Assembly (NCBI GenBank): GCA_024405635.1
Contig: JAKSOL010000015.1
Location: forward strand, 1-63,246
Length of the DNA stretch: 63,246 nucleotides
Direction: 5' to 3'
From: Salinivirgaceae bacterium
GTDB taxonomy: Bacteria; Bacteroidota; Bacteroidia; Bacteroidales; SZUA-534
The notes under the pieces were generated by a model. The model saw only the letters and a program-made list of their open reading frames with translations. It was not told where the DNA came from and made no database searches. The position numbers were made by a program, and so were the translations under genes. Positions 62,301 to 63,246 of the stretch are shown here, in pieces (position 1 is the stretch's first letter; every line of letters starts with the position of its first letter).

Positions 62301-62392
62301 CAGTTGGTACGTATTCTTCATTGTTCGTAGCTGTTCCTTTAACCTACGATTTGCAAATGAAGGAAGCTGATAAAAAAGCAGTAAAAGCTTAA
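59348..62392 (+). CDS. secDF: Protein translocase subunit SecDF (fused)
   Basis: LGLDLKGG, RIDRFGV, VGPSLG, GMAVDSNV, GVDFTGG, IGYSINDTVVVFDRIRE. Confidence 0.97.
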   Translation: MQNKGAIKLVATLLVLVCFYQLWFSVVTSREEKKANQYALNEDGSVDKVKYNAYLDSLSSTPVYDFLFVKDFTYRECKERELNLGLDLKGGMNVILEVSVVDVVRSLSNYSTDTTFNKAIENAKKRLKEGGQVGFVTLFGQCFAELDPNASLAAIFNTVQLRDKVSFNSSNDDVLKVLRDETEAAISNSFNVLRTRIDRFGVAQPNIQRLGNTGRILVELPGIKDSERVRKLLQGSANLEFWETYDNSEIYQFLYAANARIKEINDVKEASAAKTATPVEESVKAESSESSLIDAIAESAEVDSSNVNAAKDYPLFSVLQPYFTQDGRPRSGAAIGFAHFKDTAKVNAMLNETQVKALFPHNLKLLWTVKSIDEAGNFFELVAIKVTSRDGQPALSGDVVTNASDEYQQGRGSAEVSMTMNAEGARQWARITKENIGKSVAIVLDDYVYSYPTVQSEIKGGRSSITGNFTVSEAKDLANILKSGKMVAPARIEQETIVGPSLGQESINKGLWSFVLAFVIVLIYMLFYYRTAGMAANLALLLNVFFIFGVLASLGAVLTLSGIAGIVLTLGMAVDSNVLIYERVKEELAGGKALKQAIKDGYSNAYSAILDSNITTLLTALILGKFGDGPIHGFAVTLSIGILASLFSAIFITRLVFEGMLGKEKNISFSSALTARLYKGINIDFIGKRKICYVISGVVLLSGIISLCTRGLDWGVDFTGGRTFVVRFEKPVNTIEVREAIASVIGESPEVKTYGDDNQIKITTKYLYEQGAEVSENDVKEAAQYTDGNEPTNDDIVEVKFYLALKDKFLPEGTDFKTFVQEYRMSSEKVGATIAEDIKTSAGWALGFSLLVIFLYIAFRFRKWQFGIGAIAALVHDTLFVIGMYSILFSIMPFSMSIDQSFVAAILTVIGYSINDTVVVFDRIREFQATQGRRPLAEVINSAVNSTLARTINTSVTTLLVLIVIFIFGGEVIRGFIFAMLIGVAVGTYSSLFVAVPLTYDLQMKEADKKAVKA

Positions 62393-62412
62393 TATTTTAC
62401 TTTAAATATAAG

Positions 62413-62447
62413 TAGGGGCGTCCAATTAGGGTGCCCCTATTTTTTTT
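62413..62447 (+). terminator. Intrinsic terminator after secDF
   Basis: taggggcgtcc-aatta-gggtgccccta followed by a T run. Confidence 0.8.
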
Positions 62448-62472
62448 ATCTTCACGAGTCTAATAACAGAAT

Positions 62473-63129
62473 ATGATTAAGATTCAAAGCATTCATAAAT
62501 CGTATGGCGATGTGGAAATACTAAAAGGTATTAACCTTGAGGTGAACAATGCCGAAATTGTATCAATTGTTGGTAAAAGTGGAGCAGGAAAGACCACTCT
62601 TTTACAAATTATAGGCACGTTGCTTAAACCTGATGCTGGATTTGTTGAAATAAACGGGACTAATGTTACAAGTCTTAATGAAAGAGATTTGTCTCATTTT
62701 CGAAACCAAAAATTAGGTTTTGTTTTTCAAAATCACCAATTACTGCCAGAATTTACTGCCGTAGAAAATGTGATGTTACCAGCGCTGATTTGTAAAAATT
62801 TAAGTCGTAAACAATGTGAGTCAAGAGCCAAAGAATTGCTCGATTTTTTGAATTTAGGACATAGGTTGAATCATAAACCCGATCAAATGAGTGGTGGTGA
62901 ACAGCAGCGCGTGGCTGTTGCTAGAGCTTTGGTTAATAGTCCTGAAGTTATTTTGGCCGACGAGCCTTCTGGAAATCTTGATACACACAATAAGCAAGAT
63001 TTGCACAATTTGTTTTTCGAGTTGCGCGATAAGTTTAAACAAACATTTGTGATTGTAACTCATGATATGGGATTGGCTCAAATGTCTGATAGGTCTATAA
63101 CAATGCAAGACGGGATGATTGTTAAATAA
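62473..63129 (+). CDS. ABC transporter ATP-binding protein (LolD-like)
   Basis: [41 protein letters not shown]. Confidence 0.92.
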   Translation: MIKIQSIHKSYGDVEILKGINLEVNNAEIVSIVGKSGAGKTTLLQIIGTLLKPDAGFVEINGTNVTSLNERDLSHFRNQKLGFVFQNHQLLPEFTAVENVMLPALICKNLSRKQCESRAKELLDFLNLGHRLNHKPDQMSGGEQQRVAVARALVNSPEVILADEPSGNLDTHNKQDLHNLFFELRDKFKQTFVIVTHDMGLAQMSDRSITMQDGMIVK

Positions 63130-63246
63130 CAGACTATTAGATTGTTTTGGTGTAATTGCTTACGTTGCAAAAATTAGTTTTTTATTAGTGTAACCCGTTG
63201 TGCATTAATAAAAATTGAAAAAAGTTATTCATAAAACGAATAAAAA

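Overview
Bacteroidales-type chromosomal segment (TAnnTTTG promoters, porT, fused secDF, N-terminally extended rho). A housekeeping backbone (queA, gdhA, yebC, tgt, lptG-like, recJ, tilS, serB, clc, rho, secDF, lolD-like) is interrupted by two accessory regions. (1) 1 to ~12.3 kb: the end of a defence island with a tightly coupled minus-strand operon YhcG - 5mC methyltransferase - MORC/GHKL ATPase - Z1 helicase-like protein - PD-(D/E)XK (DUF4420-like) protein - multi-domain McrB-like AAA+ protein - second YhcG. Next to it are a deletion-fused umuD/umuC relic and a 5'-truncated WYL gene. (2) ~46.0-54.7 kb, between blaI and the 3' end of clc: a type II R-M pair, an AAA+/DUF4143 ATPase with three phased palindromes in its promoter, higBA flanked by a duplicated terminator, a 312-bp duplication of the clc 3' end, a non-canonical QueD-like gene with a LysR gene, and fused relics of a PLD-helicase, a type IIG R-M enzyme and RhuM. 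Two ~200-240 nt structured, apparently switchable leaders ending in similar small terminators precede the two R-M-related units and are the most novel-looking non-coding signal. No rRNA, tRNA or CRISPR array was recognised. Family names come from motif recognition by eye, not database searches.
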